In this document: positions 27,137-39,188 of the stretch, one piece after another
Layout: every line of letters begins with the position of its first letter
How positions within the stretch are numbered: the stretch's first letter is position 1
Origin: Spongospora subterranea f. sp. subterranea
Taxonomy: Eukaryota
Assembly (NCBI GenBank): GCA_049724395.1
Contig: JAUGWO010000062.1
Span: forward strand, 124,001-188,000
Length of the DNA stretch: 64,000 nt
Direction of reading: 5' to 3'
The notes under the pieces: model-generated
What the model saw: only the letters and a program-made list of their open reading frames with translations
What the model was told of the DNA's origin: nothing
Databases searched by the model: none
Position numbers and translations under genes: made by a program

Positions 27137-30100
27137 TCAAAACGTTTTAACGTGTTTGGAATTGATCGGCGCCCTTAGCTTTACAGAAGTTAGCGGCCTG
27201 TCAGCGAAAGCAGCGTGTTTTGCAGATATGACCAACGAAGGCGTTTTGGCTTCCGTCCTGATAAACGATGTTTGCGGTCTGTCCAGATGGCAAAGCTTCT
27301 CTTTGCTGGCCGTTGTTAAGGTCCAGCCGTACTCGCGTAGACATCCTGACCTGTCTGTGTTGTTTGCCGATATGTGAAGATCGGATCCGTTTCCCAATAA
27401 GTGGGCATTAATAGTTCGCTCTTGTTCAAGATCTTGCGCTAACGCCGTTGCACTTCGGCGAGTCATTATTACACCATAAAATTGATCGGGTTTCATACCG
27501 TGAGTTGGATTCCGCAAGCTGTCGCTCCAAATCCGTCAAAATCTTCCGCGTCGACAGAATCTCGGAAACCGCTTCGCCTTTGGCTCGACGTTCTGCGTGA
27601 AGAGCACTTTCACATCTCTTGAGTTTCTATCATGGCAGCCATAAGCGAAATAGCCGAAAAGAATAATGGTCGAATTTAGTTACCCTGCTGATCTGTACTT
27701 GAACATTGTTCGGCGAGCACGTTCTCTTACGTTCCATCGACAATTGTTCTAGGGCCTTCGCAAATAAGTTTTTGATGCCTGATCCAGTTTGTTAACAGAA
27801 CCCATTACCCTTTCTGTGTGACTTAAACGTGTAACCAGCTCGTCAACGTCGACGTCCTGAAGCCCTGTGTATACAAGACTGACAAAATATTTAATCGAGC
27901 CGGTGACGTTGTTACTGGAGTATTTTGAGATATCCGCCTCTAACGCAGCGATCTGACGCCCATTCTTTACTTTTAGGTTCAACAATTTTCTCCTGTCCCT
28001 TTGACAACCTATTACGGTGAGTTACTTGACCGCTTTCCGTCAGGTATTCGGAGGAACCTTCTAGTTCATATCTCATGGTCTGCAGGGAATCCCGCAACTG
28101 TTTCGCCGCGTTTTTCTCATCAATTAGTTGATCGACAAGTACTTTTTCTCGTTGCTGGGAACGTTCCAGTGTCTCGGACAACTCTCGGGCTTCTACAGTT
28201 TTTTCGTGAGCCTAGAAACTTTCATGAACATTTGATTTTGAGATCTCCATAGTATGTGGTAAATTACGTTTCTTATTTGGCCATCCAGTCGAGATTGAAG
28301 AGTAATTTCCTTCATTTCGAACAAGGTCTTCATCCTCATCATAGTGCGTTGCATTTCCTCAAAATCCTGGGCTACGGACGATTCTTCTGTGAACCTTCGA
28401 ATCTCTTCCAAAGCCTGTCGTTTCGTCTGAAACGGTATTCTTTTGGAATCGACAACACCCTATGATGATATACTTTAACACAACTGATGGTGTGACTCTG
28501 TTATGGCTGATACCAGCATAGCTTGTCGTCGAACATCATGGATTCCAGTTGAAATCTGTTTCTTCAGATCCGCTTTATACTGGTTGAACCTACTCTCCTT
28601 CATCAATAATTGGGCTTTCAACGATGCTATTTCTCTCTGAAACTCACGCTCCACCTAATCGTATGATGCATTTTAAGTCGAAGAGCTTAATTACAGAATC
28701 CAATCAATTGCCTGCTCGCGAATAGTAGTTTCCATTGCTTCCAAACGTTGCTTGACGCGTTTTTCCATATTTTTCAAATGTTCCAGCTCTAGCACGGTAC
28801 TAAAATGGGAATCAATCACGCCATGATTGATTTGCCATGCTGTATTTAGCTTTGTATTTGCCAGTTCTGTTTGAGCTTGCCTCATTTTAACCTGAATTAA
28901 GAAATTTGATTAACGCCAATTCAGGATTGATGGCTGGAAATCAGTAATACCTCCAATGTTTGTAACTTGCTCCCCAAACTTTTCCTAATGGAATTGGCTG
29001 CGGCAGCATAATCTTGAAATACACGCTCCTGATTAATGGTGATGGATCGAGCTAATCGCGTCAATGCCAAGTGAAGATCAGTCTTTGGAAGTGTCCAGCA
29101 GTCACGACGACGGATATTCAATTTTGGTTCGGCATCATCAATAACTAAATCTTTGCTGACAGCAATAGCAGAAACCTCATCAATAAAGTCTTTGAAGGAT
29201 TCCGCTCCCATTTTCGGTGATCTCCTGGTCACACCCAATACTGTCGATGGTCGATCGATGTGCACTTGACAAGATAAGCGTTGAATTCTGGATCGAATTT
29301 GCATAACGTCGAGGGCTTCCATTTCTATTCCGATATAGCGCTCCAACATCGAACTCAACTTCATCAGCTCCCCAGGTTCTTGAGATAATAAGAAGAGCAC
29401 CAGCGGCGTGGGGATTCGGTCGGGGCTTGAGACTGTTGTCTTCATTATTATCGTAACTGGGTCATCAAAAGCATCGACTCGACGTTGCATCATCTCAGCA
29501 ACCTCCGTTCCAATATCCCGTTTTATCATGTCAGCGAAAATCAACTCAGCGTTGGTTGATGGACTGGGCGGACGACATTTTTTTGTTGAATCTACCCAAT
29601 TAATGGCGTCGTTACCAGAAAGAGAACGTAATGAGAAAAATAAGTCATGAAGACTGGCCGTTTTCTGTACTGCTGCAACATATTTCAACCGAGTTTTGGT
29701 TCTGGGAATTTGAGAAAGACGGTGAAATATTCGATTGAAATGCAGATTCACCTCGCCTTGAGCGTCCTTGTCATCAGTATCAAGGAACAGCCAGAGATGG
29801 TCAATTGCTTTGTCACGATCCTGGTCGATAAACATGCTTAAAATGTCATCAGCACGGTTACGAGTAAAAAGGCGGATAGTGCCAAGCAAAATTTGTAAAT
29901 GGTCAGAGAGAATGCTCATCGTTCGTGAACTTCCTACACTGGCACTCCTGTCCATACTAGATATCAAGTCGTTGCGTATATCGACAAGATATGACCTCAA
30001 CAAAACCGTGCTTTGGCCATTTTGCAACAATAACGATGACTTGCCCTATAACCGAGAATGAAAAAATAATCTAGGAATATCGAGAAAATCGACGCTGACC

Positions 30101-33100
30101 TCATTTGTATCGACCAGCCGCTGAACAGAGATGGCAAGGGTGGATATGCGGAATAATATCGACACAGCCATCGATTCCCGTTCGATTTCTTCAGCATTCA
30201 CCTCAGTAGAGAGACTTCCTTGAAGCACAACATCCCGGAATACAGCAATCCCTCGGGTTAGATCCCAGATATGATGGGATGCAGCAGCAGAGTCAGTGAT
30301 GCTGCTCGATGCCGAGGGGTTCACCGATGTCGTCGTGGTAAAAGGGGATGATCCAGCCGGAAGCGCACATTCAACGTAGGCCCGGATGCGGTCGCAGGCC
30401 ATGACCAAATCCATGATGGCGCAATTGTGTCGTAACCCTGTTCGAAGCGCCACCTCCAAAGATTCCGGTTGAGACAACAGGGCACTGACAAACGCATCGA
30501 CCTAAGAAGTACTTGTTCAAAGGGTCACCCCATTTCCAAAAGAGATGCTACCTTAGTATGCGGATCTTGACTCAAATCACTGGACATCCGTTTTATTCGA
30601 TCAAACACGTCAGATGTGATATCTGCCAGTGATAGTAGAGAATTATGTGATAGCAGAGTAGACGATGGGAAGAGCGATGGATCGTATTTCATGGCAATTG
30701 CACTTGGAAAACCGAGGACGTTATTATACTTGACCAGCACTTCCAAACCCGTTTGATATATCTGAGTAGTCGATTATAAACCCATAAACCAATCGGCAGT
30801 AAACTGGCAATAGCTTCACCGTTTGTAAAGCGGCCATCGAAACCAGTCCGCCCACAATATCGTCGCGAAAATTGTTCTCATTGCACGAGGCAAATATCAG
30901 GCCGACTGGAAACCCTAATGCTTCTACCAATACACATCCACCCTTAACACCAAGAACGCTTTTCCGTTCGTTGCTGCCGCAAATTGTTGCCACTTGCTGT
31001 TCGCATATTTCGCTTAACAAAGCGCATTCCAGATGCGATCGCAGAATCCGCTCTCTAGCGTCATATGCACGAAGATATGATAGACGAAATTTCAGAGTTG
31101 ACGAAGATTGTGATGGCCTGTCGATGTATCAATCAATGGCCAATAATAAAGGGGAGGATGAAACTTTACCTATCTTTGGCATGCACATCAAAGGCACTGA
31201 ATCTGTTCGTGACGGTCGCGAAGTCAGTATATAGCGGATCGAGCGTCAGCTTTCGAATACACTGGCCCGGCGATAATGCCAGCCGACAAGTGATGTTGTG
31301 TTGCCGCCACATCTCATAGACGTGATTCAGCAAGGTGGTTTTTGTCGCGTGTGCATACCGGAGGGTATATGTTCGAGACGGATACTGACGTCGCCAAGCG
31401 TCTTCAACAGAACGAACATGGTCTTCGATCAACGATAAACTAAACCATATTCAATGTGAGAAACAGAAACCTATTGCGGCCTTTGAAATGTAAACACTGT
31501 GCATGACTGATTGGTCTGTATATTATAATGTCTTCATCCGCAAACTAAATTCCAAAAGATGTTGCCGTTTTTTCCGAGTGAGGATTAGCCATCGAAAATT
31601 GGAACGCAAAGCAGAGGAACAATTAGTTGTGCGCGTGTTTGTTCAACTGAAACCCCTTAAACATTGTTGGTGATTTTTTGCCACAATGAGCTGAATATAG
31701 AGTTCGATGCTAGTGGAACAGCAGTTAGAGACGAGGGCCCCTCTACACTCTGTAACATTATCACAACGTGGGGCCTTCAGTCTGAAACAATGTAAACGTG
31801 GGACTCTTCGTAACATCAACAACGCGGCCCTTTCTGTAACAGTAATAACGTGGGCCTCTCTGAAACAGTAATGAACGGTCATCTAATTTGACGTATTACC
31901 AGTCGACGATGTGCGATACGCTGTGGCAGATATCAAATAGCCCGATCGGTTCAGCGAAAGGGAACAGAGACAGCCGGACCATCGTCGTCGGCGACAGCTC
32001 AGCGGCAACCAGGTGATGGACAATGTCGGAGACGATGCCGAAACGAACCTGCAGAGCTCGAGTCTCGGCCTCGTAATGCTGACGGAAGTGGCAGAGATCC
32101 AGGTCGATTTGGGGTCTGGACGCAATCACGTCCATGATTCGTTGCGAGAGTTTTTGCCCAGAACTGGGATCGACAATATGTTCATATGCTTCAAGTAGTG
32201 CCAAAACAAGACGACTTTTAGCGGACTGATAAGCGAATTCGCATTGATACAAATCGAGAAGGACCGCGGACCGGCAACATTCTATCGAGCATTTTTGATG
32301 CTCGGGTTTGCTTCCTTCGTCGTCGAAACACTTCTTATCTGCAACGGATGCATCAACCTTCATTATATACAGTGATCCCATCGCAAGCAGCTCTGATCTT
32401 AGCGTCTTCCAATCATTAAGGGCGACATCATATATAATGTTAACCCCATCGGCATCCCGAACTCTAAAACAGTCAGGCTCGCCCTCGACCACCTCAAACA
32501 AATCGTCCCGTGTTTGAATGCCAGAAAATGCCATGAATTCCTCAATCGGGATCACAAAATCCTTGGGCTGTTGATGTTCCACTGAGACTTGACAAGGGTT
32601 TGAAGATCGACCAATTATTTGCGAGGAATGGAGTTGAAGCCGATCTTCGAGAGCAAATCCGCCGACAGCATCAATAACAAGGCGACGTTGGACAGCGCGA
32701 AAAACGTTTAGTGTTTGAATAATGTTGCACTCCAACTTGATTGTCAATGCGCTTTTCAGTAAGTAGAGCGTCATATACTTTTGAGTCGTAGGTGCCTCAT
32801 ACAATGCTCCTCCCTGCTCTTGAACGGCTGCAGCATACATCGATCCAGCATACGCGGCCGCATGTTTGGCCTGCTCATTGGCTCGGTCATAAAATCCAGC
32901 TTCATCTTGGCTCTGTTCCAGAGCCATACTTTGGTACAACAGCATCTTGTCGATATCGGTGTCGCGAAAACGCCGACGATATTCAACATATTCTGGAGGA
33001 GGAATCTGAACAAATGCACGTTTCTGATCGGCGATCCATGTCGCTTTTTTGATTCTTTGGGAGTCGTCGTTGTCTGATTTCTCCTCATAACATATTCGCG

Positions 33101-34140
33101 GACGTTGTTCAATCGCGTGCCGCAACAGCATTTTGCACATTGGACGGCACTCGCTCAGCAGCCGGTGTGTATTCGACATATCTTTCGGGATTGGAATGCG
33201 TAGCGTAGCCATAAGTTCAGCAAGTTCATCGTTGATTGACTTATTGTCATGGTGTATGAACATTGATAAGTTCGATCTACATTAAAAAAGCTTGATCACA
33301 CATTCGAATACACCTAAACATCAACACTTACTCGTCAGTTTGCGCACAGGTAGCAGCCGTTTCGATATCATCGAAAATCTGCCCTCGCTTGTCCTCAACT
33401 ATCCACTTCAACATTGTGATAAAAGTATGTACATGGGCGCCAGATTCTTCACGGCGAATTCTGGCGTCGACAAAGCCATCGATGTCACTTGGCATAACGG
33501 GCGCACCCATTCTCAATCGTTCGCATCGTCTCCGGCAGTTGTAATACTCGTCGGTGGTCTCTCTGACGATGGTGTCCATATCAGGGCCGAATCTTTCCAG
33601 AAACTCTGACTCGACTGCGAACAAATTCCAACGGGCGAGTATCCGGTATTTGGAAGTTGCCAGCGACTTGGAACGGTCATCGTAGAATGCGATTAATCGT
33701 TTGCCGGTCTGGTTCTCAAACTCAGTCGTAGGTCCTAATGAGCTCAACGACTCTCATTTCAAGTCAGAGTCTTGGACAAGCAAAAATAGTATCATGCAGC
33801 CAACTACCTTGTCAAGATTATCAACAGTGTTGTTCCAAGAGCAATGAACCATCTCTGTAGGAATGGTTTTGACACAATCAACAATTGACTGTCGCCTGGC
33901 CCGCAGGAACTCTACAGTAGGAAGTGGTTCATCTATCGTTCCTGGCAAAAGTGTGTTGGGGTTGACATCGGCATCAGCGCCGATGTGAATGCAGCTATCC
34001 GCCTGGACGGCGCGAATCTCATTACAGGCTCGAGATAGGTTCACCGATAAAACAGATCGCACTTCTTCCTCTTGGGCAGAGGTCGAATTCAACCGTTGCG
34101 ATTGCTTCTCTACTCCAAGGCGAGCGTCTTTCGCTGACAT
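27137..34140 (-). CDS. CCDC162/C6orf183-like (DUF4549) large coiled-coil protein, multi-exon
   Basis: AFYDDR...SKYRILARW, NVFRAVQRRL, RVRDADGVNIIYDVALND...ELL..GSLYI and LLDLYQCE...LEAYEH...IMDVIASRPQID resemble the CCDC162 family as recalled; C-terminal coiled coils. Confidence 0.7.
31730..31880. repeat. Degenerate 26-32 bp tandem repeat (about 5 copies) inside an enlarged intron
   Basis: Recurring AACGTGGG(C/A)C...TCTG(A/T)AACA units. Confidence 0.65.
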
Positions 34141-34443
34141 TTACCAGGTTCGCCAAAAACTGGTACGCCGACCAGCGATCCCGTTCTTTGTACCACAGGT
34201 GCTAAAAGTATAGGGATGAAAATTGCAAAACGTCAAGGGCAATCAAACCCCAAATGAAAACCTTCATATATTCTGGATTAACATCAATTGAGAAGGGTAA
34301 GCTCAATCACAAACAAGAAAAGGCATGTTTAATTCGAAAACTCGGGCGGTGACATTTACAGAAAACCTGCAAAAAGAAACTGCATTGGTGGAAAGCGCAG
34401 CCTTGTCATTTCGGAGTCCGTAGTCCGTACGGATCATAACACG

Positions 34444-35395
34444 ATGATGGTGAACGGGTTTAACTGGGCTGATGCCACCCACGATGATGGGCTCGTTCTC
34501 GAGCCCGTCCTTCCGCCTCCTGAGGAGGTTGTCGACCCGGCGACTGGCATTCGTACTGTCACTGAATACCACATTAACGAAAAGGGCATGAAAGTCCAGA
34601 CTGTCCGAAAGTTCAGGACCGTGTTTCGGCAAGTCAAAGTTAACAAACATGTGCAACGACGCAAGAATTTGGCAGAGTTTGGCGACGCCAAAGGCCAAAC
34701 CGAAGCAATTAGAAGGAACGTCACTTATACCGCAGCGGATGAAATGGTTCTTGATCTCAGCAAGCGCAACGAAGCCGACGAAGCCGATGATCCTCTCAAT
34801 AAGCTTGCTGGAAGCAAATCTATTGTTGTTTGCCGTTTATGTGGTGCCATTGGCGACCATTGGACCCTCAAATGTCCCAAGCGAGATACATTGGCGTTAT
34901 CGACTGAAACAGGTGGTGCCGGTGAGCCGGGCGCGGACGCCGGTCCATCAACCGGACGGTACATTCCTCCTGCGATTCGGGCAGGTGGCGCTCGTGGAGG
35001 CGCTAACATGGATAACAAAGATGATATGCCCACGATTCGTCTTACGAACGTCAGTGAAGATACAACCGAATCGGTAATTGTCGATATTTTATCACGGTTT
35101 CGTCACAAGCAATGGATTGAATTTTGTGCAGGATCTGAGTGAATTGCTGAGCCCATTCGGTCATGTGACACGTATTCGCCTGGCCAAAGACAGGGTTACT
35201 GGTCGCAGCAAAGGATATGCGTTCATCTCCTTCGGCAACCACGACAGCGCCCAAAGAGCCATCGATAAGCTTCAGAATTACGGTTATGACAACCTTATTC
35301 TGCGGGCAGAATGGTCTCGTAGTATGCAGCAGCTTGTTCGTGAACGGGAAGAGAAGGACGCCGCTGATCGTCTTCAAGAGAGCATGATGCGTTAA
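34444..35395 (+). CDS. EIF3G: Eukaryotic translation initiation factor 3 subunit G, 2 exons
   Basis: NWADA, GIRTVTEY, zinc knuckle CRLCGAIGDHWTLKCP, GRYIPP, and an RRM (IRLTNVSEDT...SKGYAFISF...YGYDNLILRAEWS). Confidence 0.95.
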
Positions 35396-36501
35396 CATAT
35401 TCCAATAAATACTGTGAGTACGTAAACGACTTCGGAACGTTGATAGCATGACATTTTTAGGTGTGTCGCAAGTAAATGCAATCTCGATGTCGAAAGAATT
35501 AGAAACAATGCAAATTTTTGAGCGGCTTTTCCCTCGGCTGTGGCGTTGAGCTATAGGCCTTAATGTTTATATATTTCACAAAAAGACAGTATTCCATAGA
35601 ACATTGTGCGTCTGATAAAACAGTCGGTACATGCAAGCCTTAAATTTCTGCAAAAGAAAAATTCTAAAATGGCTTCTTGGCTCGCAAAAGAAAAAGCAGA
35701 TCTGAAAGGCAGTTGAAGGGGCCAGTGGAGCTGACATGATGACCTTGCTGCGGGACGTGGAAATAGCAGGGTTGATTTCAGCAGGGACTTCATTACGAGT
35801 TCACGCTGGTCGCTCTTTAAATCAGTTTTCGATATCGCGCCGGCAGCACGTCGGATAATCAAGGTCGACCAATGCAACCCCTCCCTTATATTGTCATTGG
35901 TAAAGCTATAGCTTGCCGGTCGTGATGTCATGGTTCGATCGCAAGTTATTTCAATTGACAATCAGATGTCGATTGACTCCAGCCTGCATTCTGGCTTGCC
36001 TGCGGCGACAGGCATGGGTGATTATTGCTGTCTTTGACGAAGCGATCAAAAGACGTGTAGAGCACTCACCTTTGTCGTTGCCGGCTCAGTTTACACAGCC
36101 AAACACATGAGCGGAAAATCACTGAGGATCGGTCCACGACTCTGCCTAGGTAGATCACAACGACACAAATGCCCGAACGCAATCCCAGAATCTACTGTTG
36201 ATTCTAATGTCAACTGGCGCAAAGCAGAAAAACGATCAACATAGTGTAGAGAGCATCGAAAACGCAAAAACTACCATTGATTAATTCGTGATCATTCATT
36301 TGACCATCTCAATCAGTATCAGGAACGGGACGTTGGGCAAAAAGCGGCCTCCTCTCTGTCTGTCCGAGATTCACTATCTAACAAGACTGCTGGGTCCTGT
36401 ACACTGTAAATCCAGTGCGCAAGTTTTGAGGGGTTTTTTTGTGCGGGACTGGTGTCGGTCAATGGAATGAGTGCGCGGTCTAACAGCCATATCGAATAGA
36501 G

Positions 36502-38545
36502 ATGACAATGAGCCAATCAGAGGCGGATATTGCAGCGCGACGCGCCAAGGCGCTGGCTATTGCTTCCAGGATATCGTCCAGCGTACTCGGCAAACATGCC
36601 CGCTCAGAGTCGGCATGGCCCGTCAGCGATGGATCCGGACATGGGGTCGATCGAACCAGTGCCAAAGTGTTCGTGCCCATCGATAAACAAGCAAATTATT
36701 ATGGTTTGTTGGTTGGCCCTGGGGGGCAAATTCTGAAAGATCTAGAGAATAAGAGTGGTGCGACTTTATCTATTAGGGGAAAAGGTGACATATATATATA
36801 TACCGTAATTATTTTCATACACGTGATTGTGCCCCTTATTTGATCTTAAATTAGACGAGAGCAAGTTCGTCGCTTCCGAAGTTTGTTTATCTGAACGTTT
36901 CTGGTTTTGAACAGGTTCTAGTGCGGACGGCAACGATCAGTCTCCTGATGAAGGTCTCCATGTTTTCATAGAAGGTCGCGGTGAAGCGCAAGTCGCGGCT
37001 GCTGAACGATTACTTAGTGAGATGCTTTATAATCGTGAGACACAGGATGAGCAATATCGTGCGGCTGCTGAACGCAAAAACAACACTCTTCTCCTTTCCG
37101 ATCGTTTATACGCATCAGATGTCGATTATCCTCCATTTCGTGGAGCTGGCGAAAAGAGTAAGATCATAAACGTTGCGGCAAACGCTGTGGGACAAATCAT
37201 TGGGCGCGGCGGTGATACGATCAAGATGCTTCAGACCAAAACTGGCGCGTTCATTCAAGTTTCCCGTGAATCTGATCCGAGCTCAAACATGAAAACTGTG
37301 ACTTTAGAGGGAACGGCGTCCCAAATCGAGCACGCAGAAGATGAGATCATGAAAATTCTTCATGAAAACGAACAGCGTGACCAAATCAGGGGTGGATCTT
37401 CGCTCGGTGGTGGTGCCGGGTTAGGTTTCAGCTCCGATAACATCACGGAAATTATTCGAATTCCTCACGATGCAGTTGGTTTGTTGATCGGAAAAGGTGG
37501 ACTGACAATCAAGCAATTGCAGATGAGAACTGGCTGCAACATTCAAGTTCAACGTGATGTTGACGCGGATCCGTCAAGTATTACTCGAGATGTCACACTA
37601 AATGGAACGCCTAGACAGCTGGAAGAGGCCAAACGCGAGGTCTTGAGCCTTGTTCAAGGACATGGATCAGACATCCCTGTAGAATCGGTAATTCCTGGAA
37701 TGATTGTGATTACACTCATGATTCCAGGATCATGCGTTGGTGGTATCATCGGCAGACAAGGGGAAACCATCAAAGCGATTCAGCATCGTTCCCAAGCACG
37801 TGTTCAGGTTTCCAGGGATGTGTCGTTGCCTGAAAGAGAAATCACTGTCAGCGGATCTGATCAGGCTGTTCAAATGGCTAAACTGGAAATTGAAAACATC
37901 GTTGCTGAAAGCCAAGCTCGAGAATCTGGCGACCGAAGTGATCGTCATCGTCGGTCCAACGATTCATATGATAATGGGTACCAAGACCCATATTCGAGGC
38001 AAGCGGCCACCTATGGCAGCGATCAGTATTATGGGGCAGCAGCATATGGCGCTGCTGGTTTCTATGGCGCCAATCCTTACGCGATGGGCTATGGTATGCA
38101 GCAACCTTATTACGGTGGCTATGATGCGTCAGCTTACCCTGCGGCCACTCCTGGCACTGATGCGTCGACGGGTGAACCGGCAGCGGAATCTGCTGCTGAA
38201 GATGCTCAACCAAGTGCTGATGGCACGACTCCTGAAGATCCGAACGCAGCATCTGTTCAGCAATGGCAAGCATATTGCATGCAATATTATGCATATTACG
38301 GTCAGTATCCTCCGGAAGCGTATGGTACAGGCCAAGGAGATCCTTCAGGAGATGGCCAGACGCCAGCGGAAGGCGGTCAAGGTGATGGCCAACAGGCTGA
38401 TCAGTCATCGTATGCAGGTGAGTTATCATCATCCTCATCGAAGCCCGATCGCCAAATTTATATGTTTTCAGGCACGTCATCACAGCAGAATCCCGAACAT
38501 TCCGCTGCGGAGTCAAGACCAGATGACGGATCTGCAACACGGTGA
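36502..38545 (+). CDS. Multi-KH RNA-binding protein (SF1-type KH plus three FUBP/KSRP-type KH domains, Tyr-rich tail)
   Basis: NYYGLLVGPGG...IRGKG...LHVFI; VGQIIGRGGDTIK, VGLLIGKGGLTIK and VGGIIGRQGETIK; QQWQAYCMQYYAYYG. Confidence 0.88.
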
Positions 38546-39188
38546 TGTTCTGTCAATCTCAGCGAACTGGAGTTATTGTCTCCAGCTAAAATCTGTTTTT
38601 ATTTTAATATCCCTTGCTATCCGTCCTAATCCATTCATCGCATACAGTGAAAACGCAATATGATTGCCCTCTATAATTTTTAATTTCTTGGCTCTACATT
38701 TCATAGTAAAGGTGACCTTAGCCTACTGTTGAAGAATGCCTTTGCATCTCCGGCTTGATATTTCCTGTTACATCTGTTGCGGACGGTTTTTGGCGTTGGC
38801 AATTTCCAGATCTAAAGCTGTAAGCAGCTGCGTGCGTGTCTGTGAAGATTTTATTGACCGGTAGACAGCAATTGTAGCGCATCGCAATGGCGATTTTGGG
38901 TCAAACTTTTGCAGTTGAACCGACTCACGATCAATTTCGGATCCGATTGTTTCGGTAAATTCGCCGCTGTTGTTCGCTGCTGCTGCATCTTGTGTATCAA
39001 TTCGCCGTGTTTTCTCGACCGCACCCTTTTTTCAGGTGAAGCAAAAATCCATAGCGAACGTAAGTGGTGAAACGTCGTAGACGAAATATCATCATACTCA
39101 AAGTTGTTTGAGTGAAAATGCGAACCAGCGTTCAATGGAAAACATGGTATGAGGCTCCAGCTCGATATATCATGTAAGTCAAGTTTTA

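Noticed and set aside
33735..33810. Possible additional frameshift in the CCDC162-like gene
   Set aside because: A 57-nt intron with a GAG acceptor restores the frame, so no break is needed.
36854..36863. Possible 10-nt microexon in the 130-nt intron of the KH gene
   Set aside because: A single intron already gives the conserved RGKGS motif; the alternative needs a second acceptor and has no support.
37737..38663. Long alternative-frame and antisense ORFs over the KH gene (similar cases over CFAP58, eIF3g and at 63156-63794)
   Set aside because: Shadow ORFs of real coding sequence, with no recognisable motifs.
38770..39035. Coding-looking minus-strand frame downstream of CFAP58
   Set aside because: No convincing start or splice connection; CFAP58 already ends at a typical GGGF terminus.
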